NCBI GenBank assembly: GCA_965644295.1
Contig: CBFFRP010000463.1
Span: 62,001-126,000, forward strand
DNA length: 64,000 nucleotides
Direction: 5' to 3'
Source: Paraphysomonas bandaiensis
Taxonomy: Eukaryota; Protista; Chrysophyceae
In this document: piece by piece, positions 1 through 13,162 of the stretch
Layout: each line of letters begins with the position of its first letter
How positions within the stretch are numbered: the first letter of the stretch is position 1
The notes under the pieces: generated by a model
The model's input: only the letters and a program-made list of their open reading frames with translations
Told to the model about the DNA's origin: nothing
The model's database searches: none
Program-made: the position numbers and the translations under genes

Positions 1-762
1 AACTCCTCACGCTCATTGTACCAACCCTCATAAATTCCAAGGTATATATCATCAGAGGCTGCACACATCTTCCAAAGTCGCTACAAAATAGGAATAAGAA
101 ACAACTGGGCCTACTATATTAAACTAACCTGGGCACTTGCTTTGTGAGAATCTGAAGTTGTGCGTACGTAAGACGATATCGACACCGCAAGTCGTTGCTT
201 CAGGGCTTTAAACGCGTCCACAAATATATTACAATGTTCAATAGGAGATCGGCCAGCAGCAGCAGCAGACGCAGCAACCTTTTGACCATGTTCATCGGAA
301 CTGCAAATACGTCAAGAATAGGGATGTGGTCTATAACCAAATACATACCCGCTCAAAAAATATGTGTCGTAGCCTAAAACTCTATAGAATCGAACTAAAA
401 CATCTGCCGTAAGGAACTAACAAAGCGTTAAAACTATCGATCTAGACTATTCACCACTGTACCTCATAGGCGTGTCCCATATGGGGATATCCGTTCGTAT
501 AAGCAATAGCGGTACTTAGATAATACTTGTCGCTTCCGTGTCCATCCAGGTTCCTGCATGCAGCTCCATAGGAAACACTCCCATTATCAACAGGTATATA
601 TCTGGAGCTCTGATCGACTTTTTTATCGACTGATGAGGATGTAGAAGCATCTGTATGAGAGGAGAGAGGGGATTGTTCACTCTCTGGTTCAATGATCACA
701 TTATCGCATAATACAGTGCATGATAGGGCTGTGCCGCACTCGTCTGATGTCAAGTAGTCCAT
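1..762 (-). CDS. metG: Methionyl-tRNA synthetase, 5' part (at least 4 exons, continues off the window)
   Basis: Spliced translation gives YYLSTAIAYTNGYPHMGHAYE (HIGH motif), FLTADVLVRFYRVLGYDTYFLSGSDEHGQKV, YVRTT and IYLGIYEGWYNEREE, all MetRS hallmarks; GT-AG introns at ~462-417 and ~347-301. Confidence 0.95.
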
Positions 763-1359
763 GGATGAGTACACTCAATTGTTTGGCACGGAGAGTTTAT
801 CTGCTGAGTGTAAATGCGTTCTATACAACTCAATATCCTCTATGTATAAACACTCTTATATATGGTGTACGTATATATACTGTACCTCCACACATCCATT
901 TGTACACCACTAGGCCTACACACACAGCTGCTGTATACATCATACCATACTCTGTTGTACATACTCCAGCCTACAACCACAACCTTTTTTATACGACGAC
1001 GACCAGAAATACCAGAGAAAAACTCTTGTGGACAATCCGCAACTGCATGATGTATACAGTGTATTCCATTTTATCATGATATGTAGAAGCTAGACTATCC
1101 TGATCGTACGTACTGTACCAAAAATAATCTAAATATACGAGAAAATATGAACGCGAAAGTTGCTAAATCTAGAAATGTATTATTTTCTATAGATTTCATA
1201 TATTTCGAGCATATTTATTATAGAAAATTCACACATCAAACGCAGAATACCTACACTACAAGTACTTCGTAATTGGAGAAGACTGTACGTATGACGATAT
1301 TTAAATAGAGGATAGATTGCTTTCATTAAAATTCGATACGAACTGAAATCTAGTATAAA

Positions 1360-2158
1360 ATGAATACTCCCCCACCGAAGAGTGCGTCGTCATCAGCACA
1401 ATCAACACCATCACGTACCCAAACTCAATCAGGAGGATCTAAACACAGCACTCCGGGACGCTCCAGTAATGATAGAGCTGAAGGTGAACCATTGGAGAGA
1501 CTTTACTCTGAGAAATCAGATGCCGCACTGAAGAAATTGGATGAGCAGGATGGATATTTTCATTCTTTTGCAAATCGAGTCGAGAACATAGAGCGATCCC
1601 TGGATATGCGAAATCCCGCGACTCTGGTACATGCAAAACACGAGCTTGCGCAAATTATTGGTGACCTTGAAAAGCTACAGTTTAATGAGGTTCATATTTT
1701 TATGTGTGGTTATCTGCTGTAACGCCAAGGTTGTAGGTGGACAGTGTCGAAACCCATGGTCTCGACAGCGGTAAGAGCGAAGCCAGTGCACACAGAAAGG
1801 ACTTAAATGCTAAAATTAATGAAATGATGGAACAAACACAACTTCTCTACCAACAGATCGACTCTACACTTACGAAGATTAATCAAACACGTAAGGAGGA
1901 AAGTAAGGAAGAAGAGCCATTACGGAGAGATGAGATCGCGAAGCTCCTATTGCTGTCTGCGCGTGCCCACACTATCCAACAGATATCTGTGGAACAATGG
2001 CGGTAAGTACGTAGCTAGGTATAGGTTTTGAAAATTATTTCTTGATCAGGTTTATTAAAGACGAAATATGTCGCCGAAATGGTTGCTTAAGAGAAATTCT
2101 TAGGCAGAATGACATTGCTAATGTTATGAGTGCATTGTCTAGTGTCAAGCCTTCATAG
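1360..2158 (+). CDS. BAG-domain-like co-chaperone protein (3 exons)
   Basis: Joined exons read LEKLQFNEVDSVETHGLDSGKSEASAHRKDLNAKI, resembling the BAG pattern L..LD.V.....AR..RK.L; introns ~1690-1736 and ~2003-2049. Confidence 0.6.
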
Positions 2159-3114
2159 ACCGGTAGTAATTCCAGAGTTCAGAGTGCCGGAATGTAAGCA
2201 TTCAGGAGGCATATCAGCAGCATGTGTGTTCAGCTTGATTGATTGTATGCGTTGCTGTGTGGTTTCATCAATATCAAAAGTTGACTATTATTCAAGACTT
2301 CATGCAGCATGTTTGCACCATGCAATTGCGTTTAATTTTTGTAATAACATGGCTAGTAATACAAACTGAGATCGAAATCGTATCGCACTATACTGTAGTT
2401 GCTCAATGTCCATCTCCGAATTTCATATGCATGTCTAATGTCTATATTTACTGTAAATTAACGACATATCAGAAAAACGGTTGTAAACATTGTAATTGTA
2501 AACATTACACACAAAGAGCCATGTTCACTATTCACTACAGCTATTGTATATTGTAGCAAGCTATTAGATCCGCTGTATACTGTATAGCTAGTACATACAT
2601 TTTTCTTCTAGCTAATTACTTCTGGTGTTACACATGCATCGTTGAGAGTGATTACCTTTTGCTTATCTCCACTAAATATAAGTGTCCACTGCCAGACTGC
2701 CAGTAACTAATTACTAGAACCGAGAACACTTGCACAGTACACAGAGTTACTGTTGAGTAAAAATGTTTCTATAAAAATTAATGTTCTAGTGGTCATACAT
2801 TATTCAGTACGTTCAAGTGTAGTAGTTAATAAAACTTGTTCGCAAACATGAAACATTATATGTCATCAGCAAATTTAATTAAGTTCTAATATTGATGCTG
2901 AGACCAGCCATATAGTTACTCTAAAGGCCTCGCATCTAAAGGCCACATAAACTAGATGAACCCACATTGTCCAGCAGTGGAACGATAGAAGATGTTGGAC
3001 TCAACCACCTTGGGTCGCGTTCAAGTGTATCTCCAGCGTACATTCATACTCGGGAGCTATCCCTACCACCTGAATAGCGTCTAATCTATAAGGTATATTC
3101 GCGAGGACAACTTA

Positions 3115-3225
3115 TGATATTCTTAATCCCTGATAATATCTTATTATCACCTTATTAACTCATAACACAGTAGAAGTGACTCATTATAGAAATATATAAG
3201 ATAGTATCAGGGAGTAAGAATATCA
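3115..3225. mobile_element. Short foldback or MITE-like element
   Basis: gatattcttaatccctgataatatcttat is the reverse complement of ataagatagtatcagggagtaagaatatc with 2 mismatches in 29 bp. Confidence 0.55.
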
Positions 3226-4166
3226 GGTTAATTATACACAACTGATGATGTCGACCTGATACTGGAAATGAATCACCATGTTCAAATGTATATAAGCAAT
3301 AAAGCAATATATATCCTACGTATTGTTAGGAAAATATGCTTCATACTTTGCCCTATCAAATAGTTTCATGTCATCGACAACATATTTTGTAAGCAGATTT
3401 AATAAGTAGGCAATTACATCGATCGGATTTTCTACAGAATTACCACTAATACATTACAACTGAACATTGACAAATACAGGAAACTATCTAAAATAAGCTG
3501 TGGATACATTACTCTCGAAGAAGTATATGCTCCGTCGCAAAATCTTATCTTTCATCCCAACACATAACAGCACTTCATGTTGGCATTCAAGATCGAATTC
3601 ATTAATATAAATTCAACCCTGTTCGAGTTATTGATACCATTAACTGTGACTGAAACAGACATGACCCTAACCAATTCTATCCTTAAACTCTCTCGTTTGC
3701 CCATGACACTCTCATGTTGACGATAGAGTGAACCAAGATTCTTTATACTGTCTTGCCTTACTTCAACGAGTTTTTAGTGACAAAATAGAAATCAGATACA
3801 GTAGATAGTCATGTAGATAGAAATCAGCCTTTTTATACATGAATCTAAATAGTGGAGGTTTTATGACAAAAAGGGAATGGGGGGGGTGAAACTGCTGCAA
3901 GGTTATATTGTACACTGCGTATATATGGAGTGATACAGGTACGTGTATTATGCATATACATGACATGCAGATATATCACTGAACTGAGAAATCGATGTCT
4001 AACACCATCACATACACATGCCTTGTGAAGCGACATTAGCCAGGAATTTATAGACTTCTCATTGTGCTGTGTATTGGCAGAGTTGTGTTAATTGAAAGTA
4101 TCATATATCATTACGTTAAGTACTATTAAGTTTTTACATTCTCACTAAAAATACACAACTTTCATT

Positions 4167-4776
4167 ATGAGCAAGAAAAGCAAAGCAAAGAAAGAAGCAT
4201 TGATGAAGCAAAGGGAAGAAGGATTTGATTTAAATTCTATACCTCATGCTAAGTTAAAAGAGTACAGCGCTTTGCATGATCCCAATATGCGTCATTATTT
4301 CGAAAACCCTAATGTTCAACGACTGTTGTATCAGTCGGGACAGATTGATCGACATGGTCGCGTTATTAATTTGGAAAAAAATAAATCGAAACTTCAAATT
4401 CTTGATCGAGAATTTAGAGATGCCGAAAGATTGGAACAGAGGAGGCTGAAAGAAGAAATGGAAATGCGGGTAAGTTGAGCCATATTTGTGGGAAGTTGTA
4501 CAGTTTCTGACATAGAATTTAGTACCGGGTGCAGAGAAAGCGATTTCAGCAGTTAGAAGATGCCCAAAAACAAGACCTTATGACTAAATTGAAGGCAGAT
4601 CGTGAATTGAGCAAGGAAATTCTGTCAACTATCAGGTCAACAGCCACAGCATCACCAAGTAGAGCCCTGTCACGCTCGGTATGTCTATAATGTATACACT
4701 TCTTTTATTTAGATTGTGTATGCAGAGCAATAATAAATCTGGCGATCGCAGTATGTTTTTTGTGACCGAAGGGTAA
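4167..4776 (+). CDS. Small protein similar to the ERICH3 N-terminal region (3 exons), probably ciliary
   Basis: YSALHDPNMRHYFENPNVQRLLYQSGQIDRHGRVI resembles the recalled ERICH3 N-terminal motif YNSL.D.HL..YF....IRRHL..SG.I.R.GRI; introns ~4470-4522 and ~4679-4725. Confidence 0.6.
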
Positions 4777-5206
4777 GTCTGTATAACGTTTTCGATATTG
4801 TAGTTGTACAGCGGATGAAGTTATATTGTGACTTTACATCCATGTGTTACTGGATATTGGTGTAGTTGTTTAGCATCATATGTTTAAGTCGATTGAAGTC
4901 GCTATAATGTAAAGATTCATAGCTATTATGATGTCAATAGAAGGTGATGCTTGCATAAATTGTATGGCTAGGCGCCAGCTACTGAAACATGTTGCTGGAA
5001 GTGATGAGGGCTCGAGTCAGATTAACCACGAAGAATTTTATGTATGAAACATTAATCACTGCTTTTAAGTAATAATATCAGTCAGTATGTTGAGTAGTTT
5101 TGTTGCTTGAGAACAACTAAAAGCTGTAGAACAAAGGTATTTGAAATCTGACCGTTACTTGAAGAATACAGTAGTGAACAGTATTAAATATGTAAACTAC
5201 TCTGAT

Positions 5207-5372
5207 CAGGCTTGCGAAACAAACAATTAGTGAAAGATTTCCAACAGCAATAATTGCAATTAATTGGCAACATTTACCAATAATAATTGAAATTATCACT
5301 TTTAAAACGAATTAATTTAATTGGAAATTATTGCCAATAAATCGAAAACCAATTAATTGTTATTCCAGCCTG
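5207..5372. mobile_element. MITE-like element with imperfect CAGGCT...AGCCTG termini
   Basis: caggcttgcgaaacaaacaatta pairs imperfectly with taattgttattccagcctg; interior rich in AATTG/CAATT; no convincing TSD. Confidence 0.4.
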
Positions 5373-5736
5373 ATTTTGGTGATAGGAATATATTGACTGT
5401 ATAAGATCGGGTCTATATAGTTGAGATGATATGGATTTGGCGAATGACAATGAATGATAAGTGAGATTGATTGTAATTTATAATTCAAGCATTGAGTGTG
5501 AATTACATTCAGTCAATTGAATTTAAACATCCAACATGACAAACATTGATACTGCAAACAACAAACATTGCATCATATATCAATTATCATAATATTTCGG
5601 GAATTTCAAATACCTCGTGGAATATGTCCTGGGTAGAGTGAAGCTATTAGCATCACGTATTCCATAAATCTACAGTACCCATCGCATACTGAAAACGAAT
5701 TTATCTTAATGATTGTCCTGACTAATATCGCTACTC

Positions 5737-7961
5737 TTAAGAATATTTCGTATTAACTTTCTTCAACATGTGTTCGTGTGTACTAGCAATGCACTTGTCT
5801 GGGCTGAGCGTAAAAGCAACAAACAAACACTTTCACAGGTAAGATTAATTAAATATTATATACGCACATTAATAAACAGGAATACCGTATGAGTATGTGT
5901 CAAGTCCACCTCCCGACTAAGTTGAAGACATCCCTTGACAATAATGCTACGACACTTTAATAAAAATACACATTGTGTCAGCATTCTTACCTGCATTCTG
6001 CGCAGTCGTTTCATCTGCTGCTCCATTAGCCAGCTGTATGAGGTTCGTATTCGCTCTTCAAACTCATCTGCTATATTTCCCTTCACATTCTAGACAGCAG
6101 ATTACTACGACATCAACGACGTAAAGCACAATACCTCTGCGTGTTCAGAACCACTCGTAACAAGCGCACGCCATTGCTCCATGCGCCACTTGATATCTTT
6201 GACGTAATCTGGTACTTCTAAACGACGATGAAATATAGTCAGATACAGCTTCAGTCATCTATACCTTCAGTTTCATTCATCCCAACAAACTTCTTCCTGA
6301 TAGCCATCATCGATAGCTCAGATATTTTTTCCATTTTATCACACACTTCCTTCTCAAACTCCTGTAAACGCTCGGCGATGTCCTTTCTTAAGCCATCCAG
6401 TGAACCATGGATGGGAGGTACTTTGTCGAATGAGTCCTACATAAATAACGTAAGTTCAACTTGTCACCCATCCAGAACACAGCTGATACCCGAGAGAATG
6501 CCGGTGCATCGCACGATAGCACCCCGTCTTTAGTCCTAACTTTCTGCCTAAGTGCCCGGGGAGGCTTCCTAGTGGATAGGACTGGAGTGGAGAGTACTGG
6601 TCGATCGCGAGTCATCTGAACCTCTAGCGATGGGCCAGAAATGCGTTCGCTATTTATTCCCCTTGCGGTTGTGCTTTCTATTGTTGGTGTAACTGCCGCA
6701 GTCTTGGTTTCCTGTACATTGGCAAAAGGAGGTTCCTCTACTTCACTAATTTCTCCTACGTTCTTTACCGGTGTGTGTGATACTGCTTTCTCAGCCTGCT
6801 TCGCAGAGATGATTTCATCCCCTCTTTCCCAAAGCTCATCGAATGACAGAGAAGTGGGAGCATAAAAGCCAGAGTGAACTGTGGGCAGTGTCTGTGAGAG
6901 AGACAATCGCCGTTTTGTCCGTGGGCCACGAGTAGAACCTCTTCCCCCAGCAGAGTCACTGGTGATCCCTGCTCCAATGTCACATGAGGTAATCTCCCTA
7001 AGAAATGTTCTACACTTAAGCAATGACTCTTCCTGCATCGCCCGCGAGCTTTGCCTGGTAGCCTTAATTTCCTCCAGGCAACGTGTCGCATGTTCTTTGT
7101 ACATATTTTGCAGTCCCCGACACCACGCTGAGTACTGAGCTCGAGCAGAGAAAAAATCATCGTAGTTCCGTGATGTGAGCTCGCGGAGAAGGTGCAGCCG
7201 GGATGCCATGTAGTTCAGTAGTAGCAGATCTCCACTATCAGGGTTCTCAAGCATGCATCGCGTACGGTCTAATTGCTGTTGAAGATCTTCCATGCGTGAC
7301 TCCGCTTCGCGGGTTCTAGCCAATTGTGTCAGGAACTTTGACCGAGCACTCTCGAGGTCCTCCTTTTCCCTCTTGAACACGTCTTCTGCGAGCCCCGCAG
7401 CAGTCTTTGCCACCCTGTTTGATCATATTTAGAGAAATGATAATCATATATAAGCACTAACTTTCCATGAATCTGGTCTGTTGGAGCAACTTCATCTCTC
7501 TCGTACATACCGGTATCATCCTCTGTGACGGCAAACATCAGCGATTGTTTATCATTCATATCCAGGAACGACGCAATATATTTCAAGATTCTAGGCTCTT
7601 CTTTAGATAAAATCACTAATTTTGAATCCGTAACACTTGGACCCTCATGATTCGTGGGCTGTGGAGGAGGTTCAGGCACACTCGGGACAACATTCGGCTG
7701 CTGTGACTTGGCTAATGCGCTATATGTGGATGTACGATGCTGTGTATAGCATATTAATGCATTGAGGAGGATTACGTATCATATCATTGTATAACATACC
7801 GTACGAGATCGATTGACAGGTACAGGGAATACATCTGTTACAGTAGAGGGGAGAAGGTCGTGACAGTCCTGCTGTAGAGAGTCATGCGCATGAGCCGCTA
7901 CAAACAACTGAGCGGCTAGATTTTGATCAATGAATGTAGAGGAAGAAGATAATGATGACAT
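5737..7961 (-). CDS. Multi-exon hypothetical protein with coiled-coil segments
   Basis: Chain of minus-strand ORFs (7779-7961, 7329-7679, 6388-7413, 5856-6086) linked by short GT-AG introns; 3' end approximate. Confidence 0.7.
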
Positions 7962-8095
7962 GGAAGTGTGTTGTGTGGAAGATGATGGAGATTGAGTCAG
8001 GATGAGGGGTTATTACTTAATATTCCGTATCATGATGATCAATATTGTGTATACTATATCCTGAAATCCGCCTCCCTAACGTGCAGTCTTGGTGT

Positions 8096-8215
8096 GTATA
8101 CTGCAGGTAGGTAGGTACAATGTCTGTACGTATGTATGTATATATACTGCAGGTAGGTAGGTACAATGTCTGTATGTATGTATCTATATATACTGTAGGT
8201 AGGTATGTACATGTA
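8096..8215. repeat. 46-bp tandem repeat (~2.6 copies) in a divergent intergenic region
   Basis: ctg(c/t)aggtaggta... recurs at 8101, 8147 and 8193. Confidence 0.85.
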
Positions 8216-8380
8216 CTGCTGTTGGTAGGGTTGTAGGTAGGAAGTGGTATAGTATGTGTATATACCGATACGCAGTGTACTGTGGTGTAGCTAGAGGTTA
8301 GACACTCTTAGGGATATACTTCCATATAGAGGGCCGGTAGTTTTCCAATTCCCACATATCCACTACCCCTCCCTGCAAAT

Positions 8381-11290
8381 ATGGCAGATCTCACTGCCTT
8401 CTCTAATTCCTCTTTCGATCCCGTTACATGGATCGATAGTGCCATACAAGATCGTCCAGAAGAGGAGTCTCTAGACGGCTATATCGCATCACTCGCTATG
8501 AAACTACACGTCATCTCTCAAGACTATACCGATCAACTAGAGGGGGGTATGGCAGAGGCTGTGGCATTAATGCCAAGGACAATAAGTGAGATAACTCGAC
8601 TCAAAGATATATTACATAGTTTAGATATGGAGATGGAGGGATTAGCTACACAGCTCTATGAGTTTGATCAGAGGAATATAGGGGGTGTAGAGGACCTTTC
8701 TAGACTCGATACTCTAAAACTTAATATGGAGAAATGTCGAGCAACACTTGAGGAGCATGCTCGTTGGAGTCAGCTTGTTAGGGAGGCTAAAACTATTATG
8801 GAAAGTGGTGGACGCTTTTCGGATTCTGCCGATAGGTATTCATACGAAACAATCCCTTTTTATGTTAACATTGTGGCAGATTAGAAACACTGTCAAAATC
8901 TTTGGATATTTTGCAGTATATGCCTGGACACGAAGAAAGAATGGCCACATGTAACGAGTTGATTGAGTCCTTGATTGGGGCTCTGGAGCCTCGAGTTCTT
9001 CACGACATCATGCAAGACAAAGATGCCAACGTAAATTTGCGGGAGTCTCTTTATGTTTATGAAAAATTATGCAGGTGCACAAGTATATATGGTTTAATGG
9101 TATGATAAAGTATATATAGGACTGATGCGTTCATTGATATATATACCTCGTCGCGCCCTCGCCTGCTTGAATCGGCGATCAGTGAGTGTTTTGGCTCTGC
9201 TGACAATAAACCTGAGCGAATGTCCGCGCATAAAATTCCAGAATTTTATGGAAAAGTTCACGGATTCCTTGTGTCGGAGGCAAAATTTGCGGCTTCCTTG
9301 TTTGGTGAAGACGCAGTGCCTGGACTCCTCTGCTCGCTGCTGGACAAGGTGATGGGGTCGTTAGTAGACAAAATGGCGCAAGTGTATGTTGCGGCCGACT
9401 ACAATACGGTGGAGGAATTTGCCCGACGAACTCTCCCTCTATTGGCTGGTTCTAGTGAAGACAAGCTCTATGATACTCTTAGCCTCGTATATGGCTGTTT
9501 CGTGAAAAACCCCAACATCTTGACAGATTCGGAGGGTCCCGCACTACAGCTTTCGCTCTCGCGGGCTCTCACATCGGTTGTATTCGACACGGCTTCGGCT
9601 TCGCAAGCTATGTCCCTCGATGGAGAAGAGGGTCAGGATATCGACCCATCCATGGTGGACTCAGAAGACATTGCACTAATGTTTGAGCGCTACGGTTCTG
9701 AACTTGTAGCTGCTGTGGGAGATAGTTTTCAGATTTTCAGGTCTACTCTTAATAGCTCAATGCGATTTCTGTCAGGGTTACGGTCACGGCAGTTTTTAAA
9801 ATTCCTTTCCCCCCTCGTGTCACAACATATAAAGAATTTGTCCCTGAAGATAGATGAGCTCAGAGTTGGGGCATGCTTGCCTCTTGCGGAAACACGACTG
9901 GACGGTAGCAGCAGTTTGACTATTGGGTCAGGGGGAGAGAATGACGAGGCAAATATTCGGCGAGACGATCAATTTGTATCTGCGGCAGCTGTAGCGCGTC
10001 AGTTTGGTATAGGGGATCTAGGTAATGGAAAAGGAAAAGTTCTCCTTCCTTGTGCTCTGCGTGTATTACAGGCTGCGGGGGTCACGTGCAGAGATGTTTC
10101 AGATCTTGAGCTTGCTGCTTGTGGTCATTTGGATGCTATCTACCGCGCTCTCTATGGGGAGTCCATTTCTCTTAGTCAGGTGGCGTCATTACTCTCTGCA
10201 GGAAATGTAGATATCAGTGTCGGCGGAGCATTTGCATCAGCGTACCTCAAAAGGGATGATAACAGTGAGACTGAAATGAGGGCTTTTCTTACAGCAATTA
10301 CTCGACGCACCTCATCGACTGTCAGTCAGAATGTATTTTCTGGTGCAACATCACCGCTAATGAAGTTTAAATTGGCTGCCGAGAGTTTCTTTTTTGATCT
10401 CACAGCAGCTGTTCCTTCTGAATGTCTAAAGGACTTGCATCTCGATGACGTATGGGGGACAGAAAGTTCTGATAGCGATCCTGCTGTTGACGAAGGCAAT
10501 TTTCTACCCCAGCATGCTGTCACTCAAGTGGGGGAACACTTACTCTCATTGCTCCAGGAGCTAGAAACGTTTGCCACAACACATAGTATTGAAGATATGG
10601 TACACTTAAAAGGTGATGCTGAAATGTTAGCCGTCTCCTCGTGGAAACAACTCAGAGGGTTTTTCTCCCTTAAAGATGTATGTACACCAATCAAACATTA
10701 TGGCTGTTGTACTTATTTTAATTCAGGATGAAGGATGTATTGCATTGGGTAGACGATCCTCCTGTCGCTCTGCTGTTTCGCGTGCGGAGCAGGCGATGTT
10801 TGGTATGGTATACAGCACCGACCCAGCAGTGGACGGTGAGAATGACGCCGACCTCGAGGAAGATGATGCTCTTCGTTTTGTGAACGAATGGCTCGGAGCT
10901 ATCGCTGACAATGCTGTTGGCACTTTATTATTCGAACTGGGTCAAGTCCAGAGATTCTCGAATATAGGAAAGTGCCAACTAAAAGTAGATCTCGAATATC
11001 TTAGGTCAGTTCTCTGTTCGTTCATTGCGTGTCTAAAGTATTATATATAGCAATGTTGTTACAGCTCTTGGATTGACACAACATCCGATGATATTACACT
11101 TAATACTGTTGCTGAAACAAGACGATTCCAAATTGGTTGCACAAGTGGAATTTATGCCAGGTAAGACCCTTTTGCATTTTATAGTTTTCTCATCTGTACT
11201 TTTATTGCAGTGAATTCTCCTGCACTTACTCTTTTGCGTAAGTTCGACACGAAAATTGTTCAGTCTATATCTCATTCGAGCGAGCAATAA
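8381..11290 (+). CDS. COG7: Conserved oligomeric Golgi complex subunit 7 (multi-exon)
   Basis: N-terminus MADLTAFSNSSFDPVTWIDSA...LAMKLH...MPR, plus LPQHAVTQVGEHLLSL and C-terminal QLKVDLEYLSNVVTALG, match COG7. Confidence 0.88.
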
Positions 11291-11761
11291 AATGCGATTA
11301 CGTAGACATTGACTAGGTCGTCTATGATTTGTAATAATAGTATTTTTTCTGCCTAAGTAACATTGAGCGGTTGAACTTTTACTTTATGTAAGCTATGTCT
11401 GAGATCGTTAAAAGGCTGATGGATACTGCTTCAAAGAATTTACAACAAAGTAGCATTGGTAGTCAGTATGTGAATAGATATGTAGATATCTAATAATAGT
11501 TTATGGAAATGTGAATAACATTGCGTACAAACGAAATCTAGTTGCATTGAACAGAATGTGATCGGTATATTTTGTCTACTGAGTTAATAAATGGGGCTAA
11601 ATCAATTTGGTGATAAAATGAGTGTTCCTTTGAACCAACATGTCAAAATGACACATTTTCAAAAAAACGGAGTTAGCATAATACTTTTGTCATAATATTC
11701 CTATGCATATAGTATTATATATTTAGCCTACTCGAAAATGATATTTCGCTCCGAATAGTCT

Positions 11762-11848
11762 CGTGTCGATTGGCTGCGAACCCACTCCATTTTTCTTGGA
11801 TAGTCAGAGTCCGCGACTTAGCAATGGATCCTGTATTCCATAAGCATT
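11762..11848 (+). mobile_element. Copia RNase H relic
   Basis: Reads PTPFFLDSQS-/-DLAMDPVFHK with a frameshift, closely matching PTPFFIDSQSAQDLAENPVFHK in the element at 58393-59538. Confidence 0.75.
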
Positions 11849-11866
11849 GTTACCACTTTCTCTCTC

Positions 11867-12138
11867 TGTCCTTAAGGTGAACAGCCCGGGTGCTTGACTT
11901 CAGCAGGATGCCCTTAAGGTGGGCCCATTCCAGGTTCCCGAATACCTGTTTATTCATTACGGCCCAAAGATATCTGCACAAGTGACACTTATTTGTGCCC
12001 GTTGTACCACACAAGCATTTGACTATGAGTAGGCAGAACAATATGTGGCTCAGGTTAATTTCCCGGAGAAACATGTCCGGTACCCGGTACTTATCCCCCA
12101 GGACACCACGAATGGTGCGAGTCCAACTTTGTTGAGGG
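11867..12138 (-). repeat. Dispersed repeat family A, internal segment, inverted relative to the 12435 and 18674 copies
   Basis: gtccttaaggtgaacagcccgg...ttgttgaggg is the reverse complement of 12435-12787 and of 18674-18958. Confidence 0.85.
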
Positions 12139-12194
12139 TTTTTAATTGAGAGGGCGTTTTGAGTTCTGTTATTCAAGAACAAATGCAAGCTGCA

Positions 12195-12420
12195 GACTGA
12201 AAATATTTAAATAAAAACCGTTACGAGTAGTATACAGTTGTGGTTAACCGTATTATGAGAATTAGTATCATGACGATAAGTATATATATATAAACGGAGT
12301 ATAGTGACGATGCAAGTTATAGTGACAACGAAAGCTCGTACGAGAAATGAGTGGTAATAGAGATATTGATTATAATTTATAATTCTCAGCATTGAGTATA
12401 AGCTTACCTTCAGTTGTTAA
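12195..12420 (+). repeat. Dispersed repeat family B, possible degenerate solo LTR (related copies ~5390-5515 and ~40430-40630)
   Basis: Shares tatagtgacgatg and gaaatgagtggta.tag with the 40430 copy, and attgatt.taatttataattc..agcattgagt with the 5390 copy. Confidence 0.5.
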
Positions 12421-12434
12421 GTTAAGACTTCTGC

Positions 12435-12990
12435 CCCTCAACAAAGTCGGACTCGTACCTTTCGTGGTGTTATGAGGGATAATTACCAGACATATTTCTC
12501 CGGGAAACTAACCTGAGCTGCATGCCGCATATATAGGCAGCAGATGTTGTTCTGCCTACTCATATAGTCAAATGCTTGAGTAGTATACCGGGCACAAATA
12601 AGTGTCACTTTTGTAGAAGTTTTTGGGCCTTGCCGAATAAACAGATAAACAGGCGTCGGGAATGAGTCCGCTGTGAGTGTCGCTTGTGTAGAAGTCTTTA
12701 GGTATTGACGAATAAACGGATAAACAGGCATCCGGGGTATTGGGCTACCTGCTGAAGTCAAGCTTCCGGGCTGTTCACCTTAAGGACTAAAAAATTCTGA
12801 AGTTAGCAGATGTCAGCTAATAATATCACCATTCTGCTTGCTCACTGCGTTTGCTTTGAATGATAGAGCGAAAGTGGTTCCACCTTGGTGCTTGCGGTGA
12901 CGCAAGAGCAGCTTTCGTAACGTAAAGTAGTAGGATACCAGAGTTAAGCATTGACTTTTAAACGCCAATTGCTAATAATAAGACATTCAC
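12435..12990 (+). repeat. Dispersed repeat family A, rearranged copy with one terminal arm
   Basis: 12435-12760 is a direct match to 18674-18958; 12790-12990 is the reverse complement of 18296-18530. Confidence 0.85.
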
Positions 12991-13162
12991 TAACACTTCT
13001 CAATAGATGTCAAACATTGGTATCGATAGTCACGAAAACATTGTTCAAACGTACACACAATTATAGTAGTTTAAAGATCAAAACGAACTACGAGCATTTA
13101 GAAATATATAACTTTCCATGTGAAAAGATATATATACATAAAATATCACGCACTAGAGAGTA

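Noticed and set aside
2130-4036. Short ORFs in the 2.1-4.0 kb interval, including a possible divergent partner of the ERICH3-like gene
   Set aside because: No recognisable motif or consistent spliced frame; at most decayed fragments
11850-12761. ORFs 11850-12188, 12483-12761 and 18635-18901 as genes
   Set aside because: They fall in dispersed repeat copies and the frames are not conserved between copies
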